A stretch of DNA of 59,286 nt from Catajapyx aquilonaris (taxonomy: Eukaryota). Numbering within the stretch: position 1 is the first letter of the stretch; the number at the start of each line of letters is the position of its first letter. The position numbers and the translations under genes are program-made. The stretch covers positions 1 through 59,286 of the forward strand of contig JYFJ02002321.1 in assembly GCA_000934665.2 (NCBI GenBank), in the 5' to 3' direction. Below the pieces are notes generated by a model that saw only the letters and a list, made by a program, of their open reading frames with translations, made no database searches and had not been told where the DNA came from. Shown piece by piece: positions 1-11,069 of the stretch.

Positions 1-636
1 GTCACTTTCACATATTCATACCTGGACTACAATTGACCAGCCCTGTAATTTTGGGTCCGATCGGTGACATGTTGGTGCGGATCATTCCCTTGTAAGTGGT
101 ACACTACAACCACTCTAATTGATGTTTTGCCTCCACAAAAGCAAAAAGAATTTATATACTCGTATGTAGCCTAAGGCTCGTATTCATAATGGTATTCGAA
201 CGCGGGGTCGGGGTTGAACCCGGGGTTGAGGCGGAGTTGACCCCGGGTTCGTATTCATAATGGCCTTGAAACCCCGCGATCCGGGGTTGAGTCGGGCGGG
301 GAGTTGACTCCGGTCCTCGACCAGGGTTCAGTTCTGAACTCGGGGTTGAGGTTGATTGCAAATGGCGGAAGGGGTCGAAATTCATGCCGTTCTGAAGCGG
401 ATAGACCTCCGACGCGTGTGTCTGAGGGACCGGGAGAACCCGATGGAGGTGTACGACGACGCGACTTGTACTTCCGGCAACGGTACCGCCTGCGGAAAGA
501 CTGCGTGTTGAACCTGCTCGAAATGATCGCGGCAGACCTCGTTCTTCCTCTGCAGACAAGCGGGCCATTTCAGGGCCACTGATAAATTGACATCAGTCAT
601 GCAAAGACAGTGATTTTATTGGGTGGGCTACATATA

Positions 637-1047
637 CAGGGAGTCATCCCAAGTTCAAGTGACGATTTAACGGTTATAAATAGCAGTGATTTTGTGCCAT
701 TAATGTAGCAGCTACGTCTGAACTATTACCTCTTCGGCGTCATCGAAAATATTAGCTGCCAATAGCAGCATACATGTAATGAATCTGCTGGAACCACATG
801 CCACATGCGGCACCAATGCCAATCCGGGAGTCCGCAAAGAAGGCTGCCACTCCCGCGCCACACGCGGGGTAAAACAGGGCACTGTATTTTTTCCCGAGGT
901 CAACCCGACAGTCATTACATGCTTGATAACATGTATGCTGTTATTGGCAGCTAATATTTTCGATGAAGCCGATCTAGCTGCTACATGAATGGCGCAAATA
1001 ACTGCTATTTATAACTGTTAATTGTCACTTGAACTTGTGACGCCCTG
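637..1047. mobile_element. Tc1/mariner-type MITE nested in the Harbinger element
   Basis: TA|CAGGG...CCCTG|TA termini with long imperfect inverted arms (aagttcaagtgac..tataaatagcagt..aatattagctgccaat and its reverse complement). Confidence 0.75.
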
Positions 1048-1600
1048 TAGCTAGTAGGCTACATTAGTATTCTGATGTACAGTACACCTTCTACAATTTT
1101 TGCAGGAAAAGAATGCGTCTCGTACCACCCCGCCATGAAGTACACAAAATAATGGTCACTGTTGCTCGTCACCCAAAATCTTACCTCAACCAGCCCCCTG
1201 AGTTAATTATAGCTTATTCGGTACAATAGATGCTGGTCAGCACTTGCTATTTGGTCCAATAGTCAGCTCATTTACAGGCGCATATTTTACAATATACTGC
1301 AGAAGTTGGGTGACAATAATGCTAGTGATGGGTCTGAGATCAAAAGTGGCCAAGTCCACTTCAGAAATTATGCACTTTAATGTCATTGGGTATTAATTGC
1401 ACATTTGCTTATATGTAGCAGACGAGCTATGCGGCAATGTAATAATTATGGTCGTACAAGAGGTTAACGTAAACGCGCCCGATTAAATCCTATTAGCTTT
1501 AGCTATTTAGCAAAGGCGATTTTTTTAGTTAGCTTATTAGCTGTTAGAGAAGCTAATTTTGCGGATAGCTGTGCCCACCTCTGTTTTGTTAGTAAGTTAG

Positions 1601-1717
1601 GGTGGAATTTTTGTCGTACTACTAGTTACTTCTAACTTATAGCAGTACCAGTGTAGTGCAATACTGCAAATGTACTGCTAAGTTAGCAGTAACTCGTAGT
1701 ACGACGAAAATTCCACC
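1601..1717. repeat. Short foldback/MITE-like inverted repeat
   Basis: ggtggaatttttgtcgtactactagttact ... agtaactcgtagtacgacgaaaattccacc imperfect palindrome. Confidence 0.65.
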
Positions 1718-2497
1718 GTTCGAAATTAAATAGTAAGTTAGTCATCAGTTATTTTCACTCATTTGCCAAGAACAGGGCCGTTTCGAGACCCGTCCGCGTG
1801 AGAGTGCTAGCGTCGCGTCCGATACGGTACCGTATTGGGTAGTGTGACGTCACGAAATGGACGCCTGTTTCCAAGCCTGGTAAGCCCTGGGGTTGGAACG
1901 CGGAGTCGACTCAACCCCGCGGATGTTCGACATTATGCATACGGATCGGGCTCAACCCCGGGGTTAACCCCAACCCGCTCTCAACCCGGGGTTACTCAAC
2001 CCCGGGTTGAGAATGTTTATTATGAATACGGGCCTAAGGGTCAGTTGCATGAAAGAAAAATTGGAAAAAATGTCAAATAATGTACAGGTATTCACAATAC
2101 ATAATTCGTCATAACCATGAATGTTCTCGTTAATTTATATCAATGTAATCGGTTATCAAATCACGACCTTCTTGTTATTGTGTTATTATAATTAGTAGAT
2201 GGTGGAAAAAAGTGGTGGAAAAGCCTGCAGAGGCGCTGCCCCTGGGTTTAACCCTCACCTTCCCATAGAATACTCAGTTTTGTAACTATTCGGAAGTTCC
2301 TTTGCATAATTATGGACAGATATAGAGAAATACTGTGTGCGCTTTATGGCGGTGTATGGCTACAACTTTATTCTTATAATTATATACTCGATAAAGTACA
2401 CGCATCCCCCTGATTTATGTAGCCTCGACTCACGTGGACCGGGACCGGGACGTACTTTCTAATGATGTGGAGAAAGTGACCACAGTGTCAATGTATA

Positions 2498-2926
2498 CAG
2501 GATGTTCATGAAAAACACCGACAAACCTATATCACCCCCGACCTAGGGACCAGACGATCACATTATGTAGATGAGTGATTATTCCTGGACCGCCTCATTA
2601 CCGCGGAAATTGCCTTCAAACAGGTAGTATAAAATATCCTGGAAGTTAGGCCACCCAACGAACCCTTCCCCAGTCAGAAGGGTCTGGAAGGTCTGGGGGC
2701 CGGACTTTGTAGCCTGCAGTTATGGTAAGGCCTCTATGGCTAGTTACACCTGTAAATTCTATTTAAAAGTCAGAAGGAGCGATTAGGCAAAAATCGCTAA
2801 TCAGCAACGAGTCAATTATCTCAGTAATGAGGCGGTGTAGACATAATGACTCCTCTACATAAAATGACCCTCACGTTACCATTGGTCACTGGTATCAGTT
2901 TGTCGGTGTATTTCATGAACACCCCG
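2498..2926. mobile_element. Tc1/mariner-type MITE
   Basis: TA|CAGGATGTTCATGAAAAACACCGACAAAC ... GTTTGTCGGTGTATTTCATGAACACCCCG|TA inverted termini with TA flanks. Confidence 0.75.
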
Positions 2927-3136
2927 TATATATAAGATGGAGTACAGTGTAGGCCTACTGTATAATTTTAAGCGGTTCTTAGCTCCCGCAAAAATCGACT
3001 TATGTAATTATGCATGATGTTGCGGAACTACCCGCATACGTAAGTCTGGGACTATACCTGAACTGCATACTGTATAGAATTACATCCCAGTCATCGTCAC
3101 CTATACTCCAGAGTAACCACTGTGCAGATCATAACA

Positions 3137-3187
3137 TATCCTGCTCCTTAGGCAACCAACCACCTAAGTTGCCTAAGGAGCAGGATA
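3137..3187. repeat. Perfect 20-bp inverted repeat hairpin
   Basis: tatcctgctccttaggcaac + 11-nt loop + gttgcctaaggagcaggata. Confidence 0.85.
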
Positions 3188-5015
3188 AGTGATATTATGT
3201 GCACTTGTTCTGTTTGCCAACTGTCGAAATGTGGACTGTCGCGTGCGTCTAGGGTCAGGACAATGTGTCTCGTGTGTTGGTACTGTACTTCGACATTTCT
3301 CCCCCAGCTACAGATTAGGATCGTTTTGGGCTGACGTATATGTGAGGCTTGCACCGGCTGCAATGGATTCTTATACTATTGGCACAGTTCAAAATAATAG
3401 CAACCTTGCTGACTTATTTTGGCCTTTTCTGACCAATTCTTTTCATGTCACTGCAAATGGTTATTCCCATTGAGCGTATATAAACACTTGATTCTTGCAA
3501 TCAATCACCAAATTATATAGGATCTGGCACTGCCATGTCCATACCTGGTCATGTCTTTCACAATCTATTGATTTTCTAATCCGATGTCAGATTTTGTATA
3601 GTCTGCATAAGGCTGTCAACATTAGCATAGGCCAAAGTCAGTGGAACTTTAATGTGGGCCATGGGGGTTGGGCCCAAAATTAAGGGTCATCTAAGTTTTT
3701 TATTCGCTTTGATGTCGTTCTGATATCAACTGAACTTGATCACGAATAGATGAAACCTTACCCAAGATCCATATTTTCTTGACTCGTTTGCAGCTACTGT
3801 ATGTAGGTGTAATGTTGATTGATCTGGTTCAAGAATAATTAAATTTATCATTGTATCTGCAGTAGTAAGGAACACTCATGCTGTGTGTGGTTCTGGTGCA
3901 GTAGAGAGTAGACTACACACCTACACTATAGAGTTTATCCTGGCCGTTCAGAGCCACCCATGCGCCTCTTTTGTTCCACGGGCAGTCTGACATTCAGGAT
4001 AAATAGCGGCATGTCTATACAATCAAGAAAATGACGGTTTGAGTGGCGTATTTCACGTGCATTAATTATTTCATTCGAAATTAAGGAGTTGTGATTTGTA
4101 GGCCGATAAATGATAGGAAGCATGACAAGCATGCACGTAAGAAAATTTTTGCGAGCCACAGCATCAGTGTTCTTATTTGATCTGCATCATCTGAATGTCA
4201 TGCTACTTCTGTACCGCAGTTATTGTTGCTGCAAAATAATCAGATGGTGTGATCACTGTGATGGGCACAGGAAAAGAAAATAATTATTTTCGCACATATT
4301 CCATTTCCATAATAGAGGGAAACTGATGTATGAGTTCCGGGGAAATGAAATCCAGCACATTGTCCTGTACTCGGCGTTATTTTGTGAATTTGAAGTGATT
4401 AATGTTTTAAATATTAAAGCGCTGACATCGAGTCGGGTGTATAGCAATTATAATTATACTGAGCAGGATTTATTGTTCAATATTTACTACAATTAGTGCA
4501 ATATTAATATATGCAAATATAGCGTAGGCCGAACAAAGTAACTATGGGCGCAGGCCAGGTATATGCCTATCTCCAGCTGGAACATTTCTTTTATTTGAAA
4601 TTTAAAAAGCCAAAAGGCTGAAATTACGTAATTCCCTCGTGATGAATGACATTAGAATAGACAAAAGTGTTTGAAATAGTAATATATTAAAAATTGACGT
4701 GAGTTTTTTCCAGTAGGGTGGAACAATTAGATTTAATGTACATACGTAGTTGAGTATAGTTGCAAATGTATGCTTTGTTTTGGCTTAAATTATCAATCAG
4801 TGAGTTGTTTTCCAGTATAATAGTTCAACATTTTGCAGTTTTTTTCTTACCTGATGCACTTTGTTAGAAAAATACATTGGCCAAAAATAAGTAATCCCAT
4901 ATGAACATTTGTTTAAAAATAACGAGTATATAAACGAAAAAATGTCTTATGTTTGCTGATCTGCATGTTTTCACCTCTTGCTTCTGCGAGTTGAAATGAA
5001 GGTAACACGTGACAC

Positions 5016-6959
5016 TCATTTCCAGACATTAATCAATTTTGATCGAAAGCGCACGATTTCACCAATGAAACTGACGATGCTGGAGCCCAAAAGGACGGAG
5101 AGAAGCACGAAGGAGCCTTTCATCTGTCGCAGGTGCAGGGCCATGGAATAGGCGTAGAGGCGATTCTCTTTCCTGGCGTCCTTGAGTCCCATCATGAAAA
5201 AGGCGTGCAAGAACTGGCGCATGTAGTGGTCGTAAATGCCCGCTTCGGAGATGTACATCTGCATCCTGGCAATGGCAGGACCAATGGGCGCGTATTTCGG
5301 GAACCCAATTCCGCAAATGATCCGAAGGGAGTTGTCGTCGGCGATTTCCACCGGCAGCTTCCCCTCTTTGTCCACCTGCTGGTATGCCATGGCCTTCAGC
5401 AACTCGTCCACGGCCATGCAGCTGAAGTCCTCGTTGATGGTCCTCATCAGACAGGCCTTCATGTCCCCGCCGTTCTGAAGATTTGGCTTGATCTCGTGGT
5501 GGTAAGGTACCTCCGAGTCTGTTATGAACATGTCCATGAAAGGCTTGACCCAGTCCAGAGCACCCCACTGCCACCCATGCCAGTACACCATCTGTCGCAG
5601 GTCGTTAGGCAGAGATTCCATCTGAGGCGAGACCAGAAACCCGAAGAACTTGGCCTCGTAACCGCATATGATGACGTCGCATGCTATCCACCAAAACGCG
5701 ATCAGAACTCTCAGGGAGTGGGCTGTAGGCATCAGGTTGGGATTCTCCTCGATCAGGGCTGAGAAGACGCATCTGAGGGAATACAAGCCGAAGGACGAAG
5801 GCGGTTCGCCGTTGAAGGAAGGGGCGATCGAACCGTGCAGCTTCAGCATGATAAACAATATTACACTTATGAGTGTCGCCGCTGCGAATATGGCAGCCCA
5901 CATCCCTTTGGTGAAGGGCAATGCGATGGAGTAGAAGGAGAAGAGCCGACGTGGCGTCCGTCTCATGAAAGTGGTCTGCGCCTCGTAAAAGTTGAAAGGG
6001 ATGTCCACCACCCGGACGATGTCTGTCCTGGACATCCCGGAACCGATGTCCACTTCCCTCCTGATCATCTGTCCGGCCATCCCGGTGAAGTTCCCGTCCG
6101 GAAGCGCGATTTCCTGGTACTTCCCCGGTATTTCTGGAGGGGTGTCGATGTGCCAGTCGAAGTTCAACTGCTGTCCGGAGTCGGCGTACATCCGCAGGTA
6201 CGGATAAACGGGCAATCCGCTCTCCAGCATGAATTTGAGCTCATCCGGAGACGCGCCCAGTGGGAAGGTTCCGTTCAGATGTCTCCCATGAAAATCCAAG
6301 GTGAAGTCCGGATACAGCTCCAGATCCGCCGGATTCAAGCCTCTTGCTCCGTATTGACCTCGTCGAACCACTTTCGGGTTCCCTCCGTCGCAAAAGAGGC
6401 AGTTGTTTCTTATGACCAACTTTCCTGATTCAGATTGGTCGTAGTCAAGTGCCAGCTGGTACAGGAAGTTGTAATTCGGATTGAGCATCACGGGCTGGGC
6501 GTCCGAGTCGCGACTGATGTACACGAACCGGTCACGTCTCGGGTTCATCCTCACCAGGCTGGCGACGTACCTGATCAGAGGCGCAAAGTTGTCATTCTTG
6601 AACATCAGTACAAACAGGGCGTGGTTGCTGAGATGGCGAGACGATGGTCTTTCCAGCCACGAGAAAAAGTATTCAAAGTCTCCCGGTCCGGTGTTCCTGA
6701 AAGGTCTGGGTTCAGGAGTCGATGACGTCCACTTGACGACGGCTACCGAACCACCAGAGCTGATCGTTGCGTTCACCATGGCAGCCACGGACCTCGGAGT
6801 CACGTCGTAATCGTGACCAATCACTAGTAGACAGTCACTCAGCTCGCGATGCACCATTCCTATAAACGAGGCGACAAATCCCTCTTGCTGCTGGTTTGCT
6901 TGAAGATGAATCGCGCTGGCCACCAACGAGAGCGACAACAATGCAGGGACAGCAAACAT
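5016..6959 (-). CDS. Divergent ionotropic receptor (IR, iGluR-related chemoreceptor), single exon, 647 aa
   Basis: Signal-peptide-like N-terminus; S1-like GNFTGMAGQMIRREVDIG; pre-M1 PFTKGMWAAIF; M2/M3 region LRVLIAFWWIACDVIICGYEAKFFGFLVSP; S2 end GIGFPKYAPIGPAIARMQMYISEAGI; terminal TM ALHLRQMKGSFVLL. No introns. Confidence 0.9.
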   Translation of the reverse strand: MFAVPALLSLSLVASAIHLQANQQQEGFVASFIGMVHRELSDCLLVIGHDYDVTPRSVAAMVNATISSGGSVAVVKWTSSTPEPRPFRNTGPGDFEYFFSWLERPSSRHLSNHALFVLMFKNDNFAPLIRYVASLVRMNPRRDRFVYISRDSDAQPVMLNPNYNFLYQLALDYDQSESGKLVIRNNCLFCDGGNPKVVRRGQYGARGLNPADLELYPDFTLDFHGRHLNGTFPLGASPDELKFMLESGLPVYPYLRMYADSGQQLNFDWHIDTPPEIPGKYQEIALPDGNFTGMAGQMIRREVDIGSGMSRTDIVRVVDIPFNFYEAQTTFMRRTPRRLFSFYSIALPFTKGMWAAIFAAATLISVILFIMLKLHGSIAPSFNGEPPSSFGLYSLRCVFSALIEENPNLMPTAHSLRVLIAFWWIACDVIICGYEAKFFGFLVSPQMESLPNDLRQMVYWHGWQWGALDWVKPFMDMFITDSEVPYHHEIKPNLQNGGDMKACLMRTINEDFSCMAVDELLKAMAYQQVDKEGKLPVEIADDNSLRIICGIGFPKYAPIGPAIARMQMYISEAGIYDHYMRQFLHAFFMMGLKDARKENRLYAYSMALHLRQMKGSFVLLSVLLGSSIVSFIGEIVRFRSKLINVWK

Positions 6960-7710
6960 GTTTGCAAGATTAGCTTATGACGTCTTGGTCAAGTACGTAT
7001 TTTCCATCGAATGTCGTGTGCGATAAGCCTACAAGCCGTAACATATGAAGATTTATCTGTGATCTCTATGCGTGTAGAAATGCTGATGCACTATCGGTTT
7101 GGGTGGAATTACAGTAAAGCTGTGTTGTTAGTTTTCTAGACTCTAGACAGTCTAGAGAATGACTTCAAGGTCGTTTCAGCGACAATGTACGTGTCAATCC
7201 ACCTCAATAAGCATGGATTACTTTGACGGCAATGCCTTATCAGTGCTGATTGAAGTAAAGCACATGCCTGTGCTATTCTTTTCCATGAATGATCGACTTC
7301 AAAGGAAGAGGATATCTCGTCAGGTATATGGGAATAACAGTGGTTTTTGCATTATTGAATACCCGTATGTCAAAAGAGACGGATAAAAATGAGGCCCTCG
7401 ATTTGCCTCGCTCCTACAACTTACACGTTATCAGCTGTCATGACAAGCAGGTAAGAATCGCCTGACGACAACCTGTATACCTGATGTAGGTGCTTATTGT
7501 ATCTATACCCAGTTCAGAGACAGTCCATCATGCATAGACTACTTTTCATTGACTCAGGGATTGGACAACAGTCCATGCCTTCATTTTAATAATGTCTTGC
7601 CATTTTGAATTTTCAGAAAATATACCAGCTGCAATTTTTACACTGATGGAAATATCATTCTCCCTAGAGCAGTATAGTCTATCTATACTGTTCATTATAC
7701 GGCAAGGTGA

Positions 7711-7872
7711 CTCTAAAGTCTGAATACATATAGGTTGATAGGTAATTGGATTGTATTGTTGGCTGGCAGTTGTGCCAACTCATCCTTACTGACTGTCAGC
7801 AATCTGCTAGTTGGCACAACTGGAAACCAGCAATGCAATTATTCTAATTAGCTGTTTATCCAGACTTTAGAG
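7711..7872. mobile_element. Small MITE-like inverted repeat element
   Basis: ctctaaagtctg ... cagactttagag termini with internal cagttgtgccaact / agttggcacaactg arms. Confidence 0.6.
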
Positions 7873-8409
7873 TAAACATGTATCTTTAGCTGGTCATCCT
7901 GTCTGCAGTATAATCGTTGGCCCCACAAGTCAAAATGGAGGGGCGAGAAAATGATAACCACGACTTTGAACTAAAAAAAATAATTATAGAACCGTTGCGT
8001 GAAGCACCAATGCCGCATAGGCCTACTCCAGTAATGACCATATACTTAATCAATTATTATTCATTAAAAGCCATGTGTCAAAGTGGATATTTGTCCCGTG
8101 AATAATTGTTGTTTCTTATTCTTAATACAAGTACATGCTGACATTTGCGTGCCATCTGCTTCAGGCAAGGTGGAATGCTGCGTGCAACAAAATAATAACT
8201 CGACTTTTTAATTCTGGATCACTTAAAATTTTCTGAACATCTAATATGGGCATTGCTAAGCCGAATGGGCATTTTAAATGATGAAAGTTTCAGTCAGGAA
8301 AAACACACAACTAATGTAAAAGTATAATATTTTGCTCATGGGTACGCATTGAAAGGAGTTTTATGCAAAAGCCTGCCATTCGATAAAAGCAAATTGACGG
8401 CCAACTCAC

Positions 8410-9099
8410 CTCCAGGGACGCCTTGGTCATAAAAGGCATGTCGCAAAGTTGGCATTTGTGCGGCTTGACAAGAGGATTGCGCCCTCCCAGTAGTCGTCCT
8501 CCCGAATTGGTTGTTGCCCTGGCACGTCGTCCTTCTCCATCGGACACGTGAGCTTCGTCCAGATGCTTCACGTACTCGTTGGCAAGCCGGAAGCTCTGCC
8601 TGCACACGTCGCACCGGTACTCATCGTCAGACTGAGTAGAGGGCCCATCCAGTAACTGGCTCAGCAGACTCTGGTTGGGAATCTCGGGGTTCGACTCAGC
8701 ACCGACTGTTGCTTGTGATGTCCCCTCCTGAGTAGAGCTGCTTTGTCCAGACGAGTCGAGGCTGTACGTGTGATCTAGGTGGTGACCTTCACCAGTCAGG
8801 GCCCTCTCGTGGTTGATCCTGCAGGTGACATGGAATCTGTCTAGGATCTTCTTCCTCTCCAGCCTAACATCTCCCTCCATTTCAGCAAGGTTCTGAACCG
8901 ACTTGAAGCACTTTCGGCAAATCTTGGTGGTGGGCAAGCATCTTTCGGGCAAATCCACCTGCAGGATCTGTCTCAGCTTGTCAACAAGGGTGAGTCCTGA
9001 TCGGCCAGCCACCTTCGTACGTGTGTCGAACACGTCGCATGAGCCTCGTCTAGCAGCGTGATTGCAGATGAGGCAGATATCCCAACCGATGACATCCAT
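8410..9099 (-). CDS. ZAD-like domain + C2H2 zinc finger protein, first coding exon (3' continuation unresolved)
   Basis: CLIC...LVDKLRQILQVDLPERCLPTTKICRKC (C2-C2 ZAD pattern), linker, one full finger (YRCDVC..HLDEAH) and a second finger cut by a GAG|GTGAGT donor at 8410/8409. Confidence 0.8.
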
Positions 9100-9635
9100 C
9101 TTTCGTCTGCTCTGGTGAAGACAATGCGGGTGTGTTATATGCTACCAAGCGATTGGCTTGGGAGCACTTGCTAATTAGGATTATCTCACAATGCGACATC
9201 AAGAACTGATCAAAATGTGATAGGCTATTGGACCTGTAAATGAACGTCACACAGTGTATACACACACACAGCGTAATTATTGCGACGTGCGACCGGTTGA
9301 TGAATTAAATTAATCACAGTTAATTACCAAGTAAGCTGCTGCTGAAGTATGGTAGGTACACACTCTTGAATAATTGTCATCAGGCAACTTTTACGCGTTC
9401 GATTTCATCCCCAGCAGCATCGGTCAGCAGCACCAATTCGAACACTGAGCAGTTGGGCAGTGGTGCCAAAACAGTAAATAATAAACCCAAGGGGTGCCAA
9501 CAGTTCGAACGCGCGACCGAAATCAACAAGCGTTCCATTTTTTTATTTTTTAAATTTTTTGAAGTATATCTGGTTTACTCGCAAAAGCCGAATTCGATAT
9601 TAGTTTAGACCATAAGTTCTAATTAGCCCGACTAT

Positions 9636-10176
9636 AATTAGCCGGCCATTATAGTTTTAAAACATGGGTCGCGTACATGCGGCGTAGAGAGAAAACCGAA
9701 CTTGTCCTGGGNGTTCTAAGCCTTAGAACGCTTGTCCAGTCCGTTGCAACCGATCAAAAAAAGCCGGTACATTTCGGTTGCTAAAATGGAACGATTGTAC
9801 CGAGGTCATTGACCTTGCCCAGGACAAGTTCGGTCGGTCGGAGGAGTTCTAAGGCTTAGAACGTTTGTCCAGTCCGTTGCAACCGATCAAAAAAAGCAGG
9901 TACATTTCTGATGCTAAAATGGAACGATTGTACCGGCGGCTACCACGAGACTCGGTCTAGACCCGGTCCCGCGCTTTCAGTCTGACACCTAAAATAAGCG
10001 GACCGGGTCTAGTCCCGTAATTCGTGCACACAGTCGTTCCATTTTAGAAAAGGACATATTTTTGATCGGTTGCAACAGCCAGGACAATGTCATTGACCCT
10101 GGATAGAACAAAGTTCGGGTTTATTCTCTACTCCGCGCAGTGTACGTCATGTTTTAAAAGTAATTGCCGGCTAATT
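9636..10176. mobile_element. MITE-like element with internal ~130-bp tandem repeat, between divergently oriented genes
   Basis: aattagccggc..gttttaaaacatg / catgttttaaaa..gccggctaatt termini. Internal unit gttctaag(c/g)cttagaacg..gttgcaaccgatcaaaaaaagc..ctaaaatggaacgattgtaccg occurs at ~9713 and ~9847, with an inverted copy at ~10033-10087. Confidence 0.7.
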
Positions 10177-11069
10177 TGTATGTTATTGACCTACCTGCCA
10201 AAAAAAATAAACAACGCGACAACAACAATAATTTCATTTTCGAACAGAGGTCTCCTTACCTTTTACAGCTTATTCACACCACACAGAAATGTACCGCAGC
10301 CGCGCGACTTGTTATATACACTTCTTGCTTCTATGACCTGTGGCCGAAGATTCTTCTGCTCCTACAGAACAGCAGCCGATGCGATGTGCACGGAACCAAG
10401 TCCTGCTGCACACTGAGCTGGGAACCGAAGAGTTTGTTTACAATCTCCTCCGTCTCCATGGACACCGTGTCTATGACGACGGAGATGTCACCGTTGCCCA
10501 CAACAACGTAAACAAACAATGTTCCACAGGCAATGTTCCAGGAGCTGTTTGAAACAAATGAACATCAGTGTGTCTCTAGCTTCCGAGGAGGCAACACCTA
10601 TACTCTTGGAGCTTTTGCCCAGTAGCTTATGAAGGAACACACCCATGAGGGTCATTATGCGGCAATTGAGCGTCATATTGCCAACAATGGGGCGACGGAA
10701 CAACTTATAGTTAGTCACCCATGTTGTTCTGTTACAAAATTATTTACAGCAGCAGCCTCTCGTGGTCGTGCGTCTTCAGGTAATGATAGGTGTTGTATTT
10801 TGAGGCTGCAACAACTTGACAACAACAATGCCTTGCTTTTTTTTAAAAAGTCGACAATTAAACTAACAATTAAGTTGGTACAGTACTGTATCTTCAAACT
10901 CCCAGATGGTCAAGAGATAGCAGCACATGTGATTAAGAACAGTTCGGTGGGACGTCCGCTCGAATGCACCCCAAAGCCCACGGATAAAGATGGCCGACAT
11001 TTTGGTGAGAGAATTCGAAGGCGTTTGGAGGTGAGGTTTTTGGCTGTTTTGTGGGCTGAATCCTTTTGA

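Larger units (their letters stand above)
175..2034 (+). mobile_element. Non-autonomous PIF/Harbinger DNA transposon with a transposase remnant
   Basis: Terminal inverted repeats GGCTCGTATTCATAAT (175) / ATTATGAATACGGGCC (ends 2034), flanked by TAA on both sides (172-174, 2035-2037). Subterminal AACCCCGGGGTT repeats at both ends. Frameshifted remnant at ~410-580 (RRVCLRDRENPMEVYDD..FRQRYRLRKDCVLNLLEMIAADL) resembles a HARBI1-type transposase N-terminus. Confidence 0.85.

Noticed and set aside
152..568. 138-aa minus-strand ORF
   Set aside because: Runs through GC-rich subterminal repeats of the Harbinger element; the transposase-like signal is on the plus strand.
5059..6810. Several 70-209 aa ORFs overlapping the IR gene on either strand
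   Set aside because: Shadow ORFs of a GC-rich coding sequence; no recognisable motifs.
9713..9935. Possible CRISPR-like repeat array
   Set aside because: Only two ~130-bp tandem units inside a MITE-like element, no unique spacers, no cas genes, and a eukaryotic context.
10260..10790. Coding-like GC-richer stretch between the MITE and cassette copy 1
   Set aside because: No frame stays open and no family could be recognised; probably a decayed TE or gene fragment.
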